NCBI GenBank assembly: GCA_012295275.1
Contig: CM022665.1
Location: forward strand, 37,324,001-37,388,000
DNA: 64,000 nt
Direction of reading: 5' to 3'
Source: Chrysomallon squamiferum
Taxonomy: Eukaryota > Animalia > Mollusca
In this document: positions 41,801 to 56,900 of the stretch, piece by piece
Layout: each line of letters opens with the position of its first letter
Position numbering within the stretch: the first letter of the stretch is position 1
Program-made: the position numbers and the translations under genes
Notes under the pieces: generated by a model
Seen by the model: the letters and a program-made list of their open reading frames with translations, nothing else
Databases searched by the model: none
Told to the model about the DNA's origin: nothing

Positions 41801-44800
41801 ATCTTTCTTTTACAATATTAGTGTAGGGGCTGTCATATTGTTGCAAGTATGAAAAAAATCAACACTTGCATCCAGTAATTAATATGAACCATTTATCAAA
41901 ATCACTGTGTAAAATCAATATGTGAGTAAATGTTTTAAAGCATCATCTGTGTGAAGTCTTTTCTTTCAGTTTTATGGCCACCCAGGAAGAAAGTATTAAT
42001 TACTTATATCATTAACAATGAATAGGTGTTGTGTGACAAAACAATGGAAGTGTGCTATGGTAACACCATCAAGTGGAACAGTTTTAGACTACATTAAAAT
42101 CTGTTGAGGCCTTTTTTTTTTTTTTCTGTCCTGATAGCTTTAAGATTTCCTGCTTATAAAAGTTAATCTGCAATCATCCTACTGTGTCTCAGTTATAAAT
42201 TGATGTTACTGCTGAACCAGCACAAATGTTAATTCTATTCTGATAAAACACCTTTGTTTTTTTTATTCTACAGTTTATTAATGGATGCTGATGCAAGAGT
42301 TTATCTTACTATAATGAATTATCTGGAAACAGGTTCGGATAAATATTAAAATAATACTTTTTTTAAATTATATTTTATTTATTAAATTTTTTTACAACAT
42401 GCACTGAACAATGTGTGTGAAGAATGAAAATGAACATCAATTATTATCTTCTAAAGTGCTTCCACTTTACACTTTTTATAATATAAACAATTCAATTTTA
42501 ACATTGTAATGAAAAAAAATAAATAGAATAAGTAGAACAAAATATATTATACGGACCACTACCAATAAATACCTGAGGCTTAAAATCGGACCTGTATCAT
42601 ATACAGTTTATTCCTTTTTGTGTATCTCTATTAATGATTAGTGACTGATAGCATTAGTTAATAAAATTGTAGAAAGCCATTTTAACATGTTCTGCTACTT
42701 CAAAACATTACCGAGGCTAATCTCATCAACATTTAAATCAAAAGTAATAAAAACCATATATATCCCAAAATGTGAGAAAGACACTGAGAAAAGAAAAAGT
42801 GGGAGAAATGGTTTTAAGGTAAAACATAAAATTCCATCCTAAAATCTGCTAGTTTTAGTGCAGCAATAGATCCTGCAGTGATAGATCCCATGTAGCTGAA
42901 AGAATCTTTCTCACAGCATTCAGAATGGACGTGAAACACTTTTGCCTTCAACTTCTAAGTATTTTATTTACCTTATTTTTTTCTCAGATGTAAGTGTTAA
43001 TAACCACTGTCACAATGAATGGTAGTCATGTAGTATTTACAATCGATCTTACTAACATAAAAGTGACAAATTAATACAAGATTAAAGAATGTCTTCTTTA
43101 AAAAATGTAATTTTTCTCTGCTATCACCAGACAAATGCAATATCAATATGTAATATACACAACAGATAATTTAAAATGCATAGAGGACTTACCTTGGACT
43201 GAAAATGGTCCATCTCCAGCTTCTGAACCATAAGTAGCAGATTTAGCAACTGCATTTTGCTGTCGTCGCAGCTTGTTCTGATAAATTTGTTTGTATGAAC
43301 CTTAAAAAAAGGAAACAAAATTTTGAAGAAACTGAAAATTACAAAATATAAATAATATATACAGTGAACAATTATCATAAAATGTACCTATTTAATATAG
43401 GTCTTCCCAAAACAAAATTAACAATATATTTTATTTCCACATATAATCTGTCATTTTGTTAATGGAAAGTTATATTTAATGAAGTCTTGCTTCAGTTTTG
43501 CATATGGTTAGTATTAGTTTAAATATCAGAAGTGTCAGAATAAATTTTAATGAATTATTTTTAAAGACAATATATTACTATTCCTTTGTTCCCTCCTTTT
43601 TTTTTTACTTCTTCTGTTTTTTAAATTTATTGATTGCTTTTTCCCCTTTAGTTTTCTTTTTCTCGAAATAATTATATATATATATATATAAAACAAGCAC
43701 TTAGTATCATCATTCCAAATGTAAAAAAAAATATCAAACTGTTAAATTTTTTAAAAAAGAAATACATTTTTTTTTTAAATTAAAAAATTAAAAATGCTGA
43801 CATCACATTTAAATGAAATTTTTAAATATTAAGTCCCTTTTTCTTTTTTTTTTCTTTTTTTTTTTTTTAAACAAACAACTGATAATTTAAAGACTCATAA
43901 AATTGTCTGGGTACTGGTTTCCAAGAAAAATGTCTACATTATTTATGCTGGAATATAAAACTTATGACATATGAAGAGCTTTTTAGTAAAAGGGGCTTAA
44001 AAACCAGTTATCAGTTTTAAAGAAAACACTGAAAAAGACCACTGAATTTTTACTGACATGCAGAAGATCTTAAATCCTTTTAAATGATTTGTTTTTTTTT
44101 TATCATGAAGCAATGATTATTAGTCAATGGGGGTACATTGGCAAAAATGGATCCAAGTTCTTCTGCAGCTGTGCTCTTGGTATGTAATTAACAATAGATT
44201 TGATGAAACCATGTTAAAAATAATCAAACATACTCACCACTTGCTTCATTCTCGTCTGGAATATCAATTCCCATCACTGTAGATCGTCGTTTTGGAACTC
44301 GTCTTGGGTCAGCAATGGTCTCTGCATCACTTGCCCATGTTTTAACTGGAGACGCATCATCAAAATTCTGAAATTAAAGTAAGTAAAAACTGAAAATAAG
44401 AGAGACTGAACAAATGGACGTATGAGAAATGTTAGTTCTGCATTAAAAAATATTTTACTGGAGATGTACTGTCAAGGAATCTGTTATTAAAATTAAAATA
44501 GTTGAAAACTGAATGTTGAGATAATAAATGGATGTATGAAGAATTAAATGAAGTTAGTCAATAGTTATTCTGCATAAAAGATGAATTTTAAATGTGAATC
44601 AAAATCTAAAGAATGAAATTAATGTAATTTAAAAAATAATAATAGTAATAAATTTAAGTAGTTTTCAATTATAAACAGTTTTACTTCATATTACAAAAAA
44701 AAAAAAAAAAAAAAAAATAATAATAATAAATAAACCTTTCATTTTTATAGATTTATGTTATTTTGTTTACTATCTTATTTTGTCATCCTGATGCAAAGCA

Positions 44801-46139
44801 GTATACAATTTTCAGTAAACATATTTCAGATACACAAAATATTATTTTGAAAAAGAATTAAAAAATAAAATTAATGCAATTAACAGTTGCTTTTGAATTT
44901 AATAACAAAGATACATCATACTACCAAATAAGATCTTGTATATGTATGTATATATATATAAATAAAAAAGATCTCTTAAAACTGCATGAAGAATATATAT
45001 AAAAAGATGTATATGCAAAACAGAATCAAATGAAGTTATCTGACTTCTATTGAATTGTAACATTATAATGAACAAAGCACAGCAGTGCATTAATATTAGA
45101 TAATCTTGTGTTGTGTTTGTGTTATTACTAGTTACAGAATTGTATTTCTATTAGGGACCAAAAATCTAGAACAGTTATTTTTATTTATAAAAAAAATAAT
45201 AATAAAAAATGTATTATGCAGTTGCTTATTATTCAGAGTATTGTCACATCACATAATAAGTATATCTATTTTAAAATGAATGAATTAAAATAAACAGATA
45301 GATTGAAACAGGTATAGATATAAACTGGTTTGGATCTGGATAATCAAATTATAAATTAAATCAGCAACACTAACACTATGCAATATGTACGTAAATGATC
45401 TTATGGTGTGAGATAACAAAGTAATAGAATGTTCTGCTCTGGAAATTATTTATAAAAATAAAGAATACTACAGAATAATTCACCAGTATTATTACAAGTA
45501 AAAAAAAATGAAATAAAAAAAGTTAATTAAATCTTTTTTGAAACTGATAGCAGGTTTGAAATAACTGGAAGGCATCCATAAATGTCTATAAACAACTTAA
45601 TGATCACATTCCTGAGATGTAATAAATGAATAGATTGTATTTTCTTTTGCACCAAAAAATATAATAATAATAATAATAATAATAATAAAACACAACTTTT
45701 ATTGTCTTGGTCATGTTTTTGTATTGATGAACACTCCACACTTGCCTATATCTATTTCCATTTACAAAATGTATAATAACAGGACAGACACAGATATTCA
45801 TCTAAAGTATTCATATATAATGTTTGTTCTTCACTTGCTATTAATCCCTCAACAAAGGTTATGTCAACCCAATAGTACTAACATTATTGAAGAATATGCC
45901 CCCCTGGGCCGTAACACAGAAGTTTATAGTTCAGTGACAAACAGTGAAGCAATGAAAATAATTATACAATTCTTCATTTACACAAAGTGCAACTTTCTGA
46001 ATTTTTTAGGAGGGAAACAGAAGTAAAAAAAAAAAAAAAAATAAAACAGTCAAGGAATGATGAAAATGCTTGCAATGATCATCCATTCAAGAAAAAACTA
46101 ATTATGCTTCAACTGAAGTTCAAGTCTAAAAATTATTTA

Positions 46140-46170
<31 letters not shown>

Positions 46171-49100
46171 TAATTTACAAAAAAATGGACAGGAAAAAAA
46201 AAGGAACTTGTGAAGTAAAAGGGATACCAGTTAAGTTCATGAATGTATTTTCTTTCTAAGTCATTCTCTTGTCATCTATTTATTAAAGGTGTTTAGTGTT
46301 AACATATCTTCATGTTTTTTTATATAAACAATAATTAAATAAATTAATAAAAATCACTGGATTCTTAAATTTTTAAATTAATCTGACAGTTGCTAAAATT
46401 GCTATTGTTATTCAAGCAACAAAATGTATGTACCTCTTTAATACATTAAAATACCCCCCCCAAAAAAAACCCAACAACAAAACAGTTAATGTTTTTTAAA
46501 TACTGTCATTATAATGAGTTTAAATTTGCAGTTTTTAAATTTCATAGTCAAGTGACATAAATATGAAAATATATTGATTACATATTATTTCATTTATTAA
46601 TTATTTTTTTTATTCAATATCGATAACCTTTACTGCAAATTTGTATAGTTTCTAAAATATAAATCTAAGCAATTCAACAACCTACAAAAATTACAAACAT
46701 TTCAATCATATATTTTTTAAGGTTCAAAATCCTGCCCTGTTTTATCAGCTATGACTGGACCATGGATTAAAAGTGTCAATGTATAAATATAGTAGTAATA
46801 ATAATAATCTGAAATTCATATCAGTGTTTGTGGTAATGCACTCTGAACATTTCACGTCACAACAGAATATATCCTGTTAGCTTACTGAAAGACATTTATA
46901 CTGGATTGAATATCTCTCATTTTAGCAGTATTGTGACTTTGTGAAAGACACCATGATCAATAGTTCTGTTTGTATATTGAGCATTCAGTATACACAGGTC
47001 TTTGTTATTAAGTTCCAATAACCTACATGTACACCTATATATGTTCAGACTTTACCTATAAGTAATCTATAAGGTGCAGAAGAAACCCATGATTTAAACT
47101 GGCAAAAGAAACATTTAAAGATTTTTAGAAAGGAATATATGCACAGTATCATTTGTTTCTACAGTAAAAGAAAGAAAACAACAACAAAAAACAAACAAAA
47201 AAAGACTGCCCATAAAATGATGCATTAAATGAGTATTTTCAAAGAAATTTATTCATAAATGGTATGTCACTATGTGGTTTGTTGTCTAAAATGGCTTCAA
47301 CATTCCAGATCCAATTTGTTTTTTTTGTTGTTTGGGGTCTCCAAATTGTCAGCATAGTTCTTAAACCAAAAATTGGAAAATATGCACAATTTTAGAAACT
47401 GGTATGTCCTGATACACATATTTTATGCAACATGTTATTTTGAAATGTGCTGAGGAAATCATACTTTAAAAAGATCTGTTCCTGAAATTTCAATGGCCAT
47501 ATTAATTCTGTGTTAATATTAATATTGTTCATAAATATGCTAAACTCTGTGGAGAAGTATTACCAGTCTTAGTTGTGCATTTACAAATTTATTGATGTTT
47601 GAAGCTGGCTTTAGTCATTATAATGCTCTCCTAACTAAGTACCATTAAAACTCTCCCAGTTTGATGTCAAATGTTAACACTATTCTCAAACATCATCAAA
47701 GTAATCATGAAGGTTTATTTCTTCTTCTTTTTTTTTTTTTCATTTTCTTGTTCCAGTTTTAATTAGACTATCATAGCTATGGTGTATTTTTTACATTTAT
47801 GAAAGGTCAATAAAGACAGACAGTCAGTAGTCAAAGAAGCTTTACTGTCTCTGATTATATATTTAGACAAACAAAGAAAAAATGCTTTGCAATATTATGT
47901 TATCATTCAATTGGTTTTTTGATGCAGACAGCTTAGACAATAATAAAATCAGTTATTGTCTGCAAAATTAACCTCCAGTACGGAATAGATGCTTATAAAG
48001 TGTACATATATTTTTGGTTTCTTTTAAGCTAGGAATAATAACTTAAAAGTGCACTTAACTTTAAAGCAATGAAATAACAGGTTATTATTATTTATTTATT
48101 ATTTATTTATTATTTTATTTTTTTTATTTTTTATTTTTTTTATTTAAAAGCAAAATTATTTCATGTCTGGGCAGTCAGAAGAGTATGTTAATTCATTTAT
48201 TTTTATTTTTTTCAAATTTTTTTCTATTTTTTTTAATCTTGTATGACAAGAGACCCAGGTGATATGTATAATGATGCATGCCCGATATATATATTACTTG
48301 TAACATACTAATTACAGTTGACAGCAAATGCAATAACCATTAAATTCAAGCACATACATGCATAAATACAGAGAGAAAATGTAATTAATTTTGAAATCAA
48401 ACACACTCTTATTTGGCTTGAGAAAGGTGATAATCTATTATGTTACTGATCTATTTCTATATTATATAAAAACATGCTTTTTGGTAAAAAACAGAAACTG
48501 CACTTTGAAAAAGCTAATAATATATTGGCAATTTTAAAATGTTCAACACTGTTCATAAATTAAATAAAAACATGTTTAGCAAGTTAAAGAAATATAAAAA
48601 CCCAGTGCTTTTCTAATAGTTCTTCATAGTTTGAATAAAAATCTGTATGTAAATGTTAATCAATGTATAAAATAATTGTGTGTGTGGATGTGTGTGCATG
48701 TATTTCTGTATAACTGTATTTGGATGATGTAAGATGAATACATATTCCTTCCATGGTTAGAATAAGAATCTATATAAAGATATAGTAATTAATTACATAA
48801 TAACTGTTACTGCAGTATATGCAGTTAGTTTCCAAATACAAAGAAGTATATGTTAAGTTTAGTCTTGCATGAATTTATTATTTGGCTGTCAAACAGAAAT
48901 ACGATGCTAATTGTGTTTATTTTTTAAAATGTATACATTCTTAAAATATATATTAATGTAAACAAAGTATGAAGCAGTTAATGAGTTTTCTTTCAAATGA
49001 TGTTTTGATTTGGTTACCAAGAGAATAAATAAAGAAAAACATATGAATAACCGGTCTGATACTCATTAAGTTCGATATTTAAATCACTGTAAAAAGAGAC

Positions 49101-49186
49101 CTGCAAATCAAAGAAGACTATATCATTACTGGTTTAGGCAACATTAAACATCTCAACATAAAATGCAAAATGATTCAACCTGTTGG

Positions 49187-49226
<40 letters not shown>

Positions 49227-49502
49227 CCAATCAATTCACTTGAAGTTATTACACACCTTACTTTTTTTATTTATAACACATCTGTAAAACAGTTTATAAA
49301 ATTTTAAATTAAAACATTTAAAAAAAAAATTGGGTCAGTATTAAAGTTTTGTCAAAGAATACTAATATTATTTCAAATTAACATTTGAAAATAAACAATA
49401 TCTGTATGTGAAGTAATCATTCAATGTTATCCGTTAATTAAATATTTATGTTAGTGTATCCTAACTAAAGATCCTATTTAGTTGCTGTAGCAACACCACA
49501 TA

Positions 49503-49581
<79 letters not shown>

Positions 49582-50915
49582 TATTGATAATGGCCAGTTA
49601 TGCAAAAATATACAATTTTTATTAACATATTCAGAGGGAAAGTGCAACATTCCATGGACTTACACCTCAGTGGTTACGCTTAGCAGATCTCAACAAACAT
49701 GATGAATTAATTTGTCATTACCAAAGAATTATTCATGTGTCTCAGAGAAACTCTAACTCTTTGGAGATATTATAAAAAAAACAGCTACATTAGGTAAACA
49801 TGTATGTATGTACAGTCAATACCATCAATACATCCTGATGGATTATCATCCAAAAGACTTTCCCCAAGAGCAAAATGATGTTATGAATGTTTAACATCTA
49901 AAATGTACTCATTTACATACATATGGACATACAGGGATTTGAAATTAAGTGAGCACTGTAAGTCAAGAGTACTATGATGTAATAAAGTACTTGAAAATTG
50001 ACTGAAGACAAAAAAACTGCGGATTGAATAAGTACGTATGTTACTTGGAAACAGTAAGCACAAACAAACCGATCGAACAATTAAAGGAAAAGAAGGGAAA
50101 AAAAAAAAGTAAAGTAAAAGAATGAAATAATCAACATTCAGGAAAAATGGTCAAGCCTATGCTGGAGAAAATAACAGGACTTTCATTTTAACACAACTGC
50201 TCATAATTTCAGTCCCTTTAAGTGGTAAAACATTAAGGAAATCAAAATTAAAACACCTGAATTAGACTAAATGGATTTAAAAAAAAATAATAATTGTTTA
50301 TCTGCTTCTGTCTATGGAAAACATTTGCCATCTGAACATTTAGTTAAAATGCACAAATAAATAGTAAGAATGAATTAATACCATACATCCTGTAATGCTA
50401 ACCATTAGAATATAGAGAGAATCTGACATTAGTTACGCCTTTAAGGCAAGGTTTCAGGTAATCATGAAAAAAAAAAAAACATGAACAAACAAACAAACAA
50501 AAACTGAAAATAAAATGGCAGCTGTTTGAAAAATAACTTTGAAATCAGAACACATTTTTAAAAAGTTAATGAAAATCTATTAATATATTAATGTTATTTT
50601 TTCACTGAAATAACAATGTTTTTAAAATTCTGTCATAAAAACATGACAACTGCCCCACCAGAACAATCAATACTGTGTGTTATTTTAATTTCCTGAAGAA
50701 ATAATTTAATTGATGTGAAAAGCTATTTTATATGGATCTAAGTTATGCACATAGAAATTCGTTTTTTTGTCCTCAAATTGAAGTGCATTAGCTTCTGACA
50801 AACTGAGATTTGTGGATGACATTTAATATAGAAATCTTAAAATTCATTACTGGCTGGGGTCATGATAAATTGGAATAGTATGGTAATTGGTGATAATTTA
50901 TAGTTTTAAAATATA

Positions 50916-50949
<34 letters not shown>

Positions 50950-53900
50950 TATAAACTTTGTCTTTTTAAATCAAATCTGAATTCCCTCCCCCCATTGTTT
51001 TTTATTGTGGCTGTTGTTGTTTTTTTGTTGTTTTGTTGAGGTGGGGTTTTTTTTCTTTTTTTTTAAATGTTTGTTTGTTCCTATTTACTTTTGTGGTAGA
51101 TTTATTATTTTATTTATTTATAAACTATTGACTGGGAGAATTGGTGGGGAGTTTTCTTTTTATTCAGTCTTTTTTAACTTTAAATTTTGGCAAAACAGGT
51201 TACTGTAGTTTGAAACAAAGAGGGGAAGGCATCATCATGTTAACATGTAATGAATAAAATTTTGAAGAAAAATCTATCAAAGAGGACCCCACCTAAAATT
51301 TAAAAAAAAGAAAAGAAAAAAAGAAGTTAACAAGCAACTTTAAAGGAAACCCTTGGACTCTTTATTGCTGCCTGCTCATGAAGATAATCATACCAAACTG
51401 ACTTCTGTACAATACTGCAAACGTGACTGAAAATACATAAATTTATTATTAATGTTTTCTTTCCTCTCAGCTTGCAGAGTAGTGAATTAAATGGCTGAAG
51501 TCTCAAGTAAGCAATACTGTTGATAGATCTAGATCTAACGGTTAATCCATAATACACAAGTTGTCACTGGAGAAACTGGCCTTTCTGTCTATATTAACAT
51601 AATAAAAACAAGAACAGCAGCACAAATTATTACAATACTTTTTTCTTATCTGGATAGCTCAATCAGCTGCTAAATACATGTAGGTATACAAGTCAATATT
51701 ACAGTGAATGGTGAACCTGTACAGTTGATTTCTATGGCTGTTATGTGTTTATAGCAATAATCACTAGGTATTAGAAACATCTAAACAACAATCTGAAGAG
51801 ATACGAGAGGCTCATGTTATTAGTTTATATGTATTTTTAAATACAACAACATTAAAATTCACATACATAATGTATCTATACATAAAAAAAATTATCTTTT
51901 TTATTTTTGAATCACCTGAATGCAGCAATTTATATAAAATAAAATAATATCCCTTAAACCTTATAATGTTGGCGTTTCCTTATATATTAAAAAAATTATG
52001 AATTACAGTTAACTTTTGTAAGCTCCACCTTACAGGGAGTTTCAGCAGGTTTAACTTTTCCAAATAGCCTAACTTTCTTCATATGTAGTTTCATGTTAAT
52101 TTAATCATTTCCTATTCTGAATTTTGGTATTTTTTTTATATTCATAACACTTTTGTCTTCTCCAACTCAAAATATTAAGCTTTATGTTTAAACTCTCATT
52201 TTCATTTAACCACACACATATGCAACTAAGGCTCTAAATTAATGGAAGCAAGAACTAACTAAAAGTTTTCCTGTCATGTGCCAGTAATACTCTGAAAAGA
52301 GCAACCATTTTCATATGTTCATTTTGGTTAGTTTACCAAATTTGGGATGCCTTTCAGATTTAAATCATTGACAACTTATATAAAATTATTTATTTACAGT
52401 TTGGGATTTATTTGTTTAATTAACATTTCCAATCATTCTTTGAAATGAACTGCGTCTGAAATGCCCTGGCTTACTATATGGCATATAAGTTAACCACTCA
52501 GACTTGTCCCATTATCAATACAGATTGTATAGCAGTGTTGTTAGGGGTTTTCTTTGCTGTTTGTTCAAGTTTTTATCTAATTTGTTGGTCATAATAATAT
52601 TTTCCATCTTACTGCCTATCTAATTATTCTTAAAAAAAAACCCACCCCAAAACAACACAATATTGGAATAACAATCAATCTGAAAAACTGAAGAAAAAAA
52701 TCATTATTATTGTAAAATGTTTCTTTTCCTCCAATATAATTTTAAATATTGCATTTTACAGCTGAAGACTAATTTCTGTCAATGTCACACAAAAACATTA
52801 GCTGCAAAAACCTTTATAATTTTGACACCACAAATTTAAACAAAATGTATCTTTTAAACTTAAAAAAATTCTTGTTTTGAAGTGAAATATGAAGCATGCA
52901 AACAAAACAGTAAATTTAATAATAATCCATAATAAGAAACTGTCCATGTTCAAGGCAAGTTGTAACATATCCAAATGAAATTTTCAATCATATTTCCAGT
53001 TCTTCTTTAGATTCTAAAACTGGTTCTTAACCTTTTTCTGTCCAAGCAATTTTGTAATTTTGAAATTTAATTCCACACCCCTAGACCATAAGACAAAAAA
53101 ATAAAATAAAATAAAATAAAAATCTAAGGTCAATTATCGGTTTCTATTTACTTAAGTAATATTGATTAATAAACAGTAACTTTTGAAAATAAAAGAAAAT
53201 ATCCAATCAAAAATTTCAATCTTTAAAGTTTAATGTGAGTTTTTATTTTTTTTCTCGCTTTTTCTCAATTATGTTTGAAATACTGGGTTCCTTTTTGGTG
53301 TGAGCAAGGTGTGTGCATGTCATACTCAGTGTGTTTTTGAGACTTGGTTTTGTGGAGTGGAAAACCCTGCTTCCCAAAGACATGAAACATATGATGAGTA
53401 GTAAAGTGGAAAAAAGGTGGGTTTTTTTCTGTTCAGCCTTCTTGCCTCTCCAAAGATCTAAATCTTGCACAGCAGGTTAAAAACAACCATCCTAATAAAT
53501 GACAGATAAGAATATAAATCCAAATTGTTTGTAATTATTCAAAATATTTATAAGCTATATTATCTTTCCAGTTGTTAGAACCAATTTTTTTATGTCAGCA
53601 AACTTAAAAGCTATTTTGTTACCATACTTGATCAAAGAGTTGATTTTAAAAAGACTTTAGTCACTTCAGTGTGTTGCCAAAATTTTAAACTTTCAATGAT
53701 TATCATGATTAGTATTTCCTACAATGATTGTTAAAATATTCAAAAACCCACACACAAAATCAAAGTTAAATATTATTTCTTTACACAAATTCATGACAAT
53801 CAATCCATATATGGGTTTTAAAAGAAAAGGAATTTATGGGCAAGAAAAAAAGTAGATAAAAGGGATTTGAGTTACTACATAATATTAATGTTCAGACTTG

Positions 53901-56900
53901 TGTTGAATTTTATTTTACCATTACTGAAATATAAAACTAAAAGAGAAAAATATCTGCTACATTTTCTTTTTTCTCTCACATGAACATAAGATAATGAGCG
54001 AAACTATTAGTATTAAAAGCCACAAGCAACATTTTTAATCTCACAACTGTCATTATTTCCAAATAGCTACCAAGCCTCCATGTGGCTATCTCAGTAATAT
54101 GATTACCTGATTATAGTTTCATGGGTGGTTACTTTTCAATGTGCCACTGTGAGGTGGGCTACATCAAATAATAATTTATGATGCCTGTTCTGTACTTAAC
54201 AATAACAGCAATTTAAAAGGTAATAAACTTGCAACTAGAGTAACAATTCAACATAATTTATTTTAGGTACTGAAAAAAAGGTAAAACATTCTGCATATGT
54301 GACAGTATGAATACACACTCATATACATACACATACATTCTTGTCAGCAATTATTTTCTATTTCTGAAATAACAGAGGTTAATAACTGTTGTTAATAATA
54401 AAATATGACAATAATCATAATGAAACAAATCTTCACAGATTTCACTTTCTTGACTGCAAACTTGGGAAAATTATATTTTATAATAAAAAGTATTAATTAA
54501 CCAAGATGAAATTATTGATTGATTGATAGATATGACAATTTTACCAACAACTTAATTACTTTTTAAACTAATTTATACATCTATTATCATTTACTGATTT
54601 CTTTGTTTTCATTTTCATTTTTCTTTTTTTTAATGTAAAATAAAATTACAATTAGATAAGAGAAAAAAGCCATCATGAATTATTACACTCAGATCATATT
54701 ATTGCTGTATTTTATTCATACAAGCAAAAACTCATCAAAGAAAACAAATATGATTACTAACATATTAAGCTGCCTGTAAACATACCACATGTGCCTTTAA
54801 TTAACAGATATGGAATGTAATTATCAGGTGTGATAGAATAAGTATTATTATTACTAACTGACCAATTTCTATACAACTTTTACAAAAATGATGAAGACTA
54901 TGTTGAAACAAATGCAAGCAGTGTGTGTCTCAGTGGTTAGAGTTGCATTATGTGACACTGGTTACAGGATTAATTTTACTCGCTTATTCCAGGTGTTCTC
55001 CACAACCAATTTATCAAAGACTATAGTAAGTGCTTTTCCGTCTATCAAATGGTACATATAAAAGAACATCCCCAAAACGACCATTTTTATTAAAATGCAT
55101 TAATATTTTGCTGAATATTTATTCATTCAAAACAAAAATTAAAAAATTAAAACAGACCTGAACAGGAGCTGATTCTGGGTGACTTTCTTTGTCCCAAGGA
55201 AATATAGTGCGACCTCTCCCAGCACTCATGAATCGTCTTGGAACTGGTGTTGGTGTGTCTGGAGCAGATGGGGTATTTCTTGCTGAACTGTTTACTGATT
55301 CTAGTTCCATGTGAGGATCAGTTCGACTTGATCTTGCTGAGCCTGTGCCACTTACTGACAGAATCCATTCAACATCTGCTCCTTGTGTAAGAGTTGATGA
55401 CCGCTGAGTAGCTGAAGATGGAGTTGGTGTAGCATATTCCACCAGACCATCAGAGTTCAGTCTGGGCAACTGTTTGCGTGCTAGTCGTGCTTGCACAGCT
55501 GCCATGAGCCCTTCTCCATCTGAACTTAACTCAACCTGGTCAACCACTTGTACAAGAGGTTGCAGGTGGCCAGAACCCATTGCCTGGGCAAGGACGGAAA
55601 AGCATTCCAAAGCAGCTTGACGTACTTGGCGCTTGCTGTCGGTAAGGCATGGACCAATGAATTGACAGATGGCTGCTAGATCAAAATCGTAACTAGGAAA
55701 TGTCAACAGTGATGCAATGATAATATTAATAGTTTCTTGTCGAACACGTGAATTTTTATGATGAAGATGTTCGGCTATCACATCTAATACTGGCTTGGGT
55801 GAGTAGCTCTGCATCATTTTGATGGCAACCATCATAACCGCTTGACGGACAACAACCTTATTGTCACACATTCTTTTGGCAAGAGCCGAGATCAAAGGTC
55901 GAAGAAATTGTTTGACATTCTGTCCAAGTTTTTCAACCAATGAACACAGAATTTCCAAAGTCACAGTTGTAATCTTAAAATTTGAATCATCTAAAAGATT
56001 GTTGAGAAAGCTAATAAAAGACAGCATGTGTGGCATCAGAAACTCATTTAAATCTGCAGTATGTAAATCTTTCATTATCTGCTTCAGATGTTCAACAGCT
56101 TGTGCCCGAGTTCTAAAGTTTTCTTGATCGTTTATGTGGTTCATTACTTGACTAGGTACTATTCCGAATTCAAGCCTGTCCAAATATTCGGCCTGTCTAC
56201 CATTATGAAATCCACTGTTACTGGAAAAATCATTTCTGTTGTAAGGATTTCCACCACTTGAATATAGGTCATTTCTTGGGAATGAAATATTTGAATCCTT
56301 TATTGAATATGATCCACCAACACTGTTTCTTGGTGTACTAACATTTGATGTTGGAACTGACCTTGGAGTATCAATCATAATCTTGTCTGAGATTTCTGCA
56401 AGCTGCAAATAGTATTTTCTCAATGGTGCTGACAGCCTTTCAATATAGTTCCTAAATTCTTTCTCTCCAACAAGCTCTTCAATCTTACGGAGAGTAAAAA
56501 GGGATGAATCTTGAAGATTGTCTTCAGCTGATGTGTCAAATAATTTTTTGCAAAGAGACTGAATTATTTCATAGAAATTCTCATGTGCAAATTCTTTTGT
56601 CAAAATCACTGGTAAGGCTGAAATAGTTTCTTTCTTAACTTTTGTATCTTCATTTTCAAGTCCAATCTTTACAATCGACTGCAGCAAGCTTGGTACGTTC
56701 CGTGTATATTTTAGATACAAATGTAGAGACTGAATCACAGCCCTTTTTACACATATCTTTGAATCGCCTATGTTTGGAATTAATTTCCAAACAACTAAGG
56801 ACATACATTCGTCCAGTTCGTCTTCTGCACGGGGTATTATTTCGTTGAGCAGCTGAATACATTTTAACCGAATATCCCAATTCGAATCCGAAAGGGCATG

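Noticed and set aside
54920-54990. tRNA gene
   Set aside because: Only an A-box-like remnant is present, with no cloverleaf or B-box. It is better explained as a SINE head.
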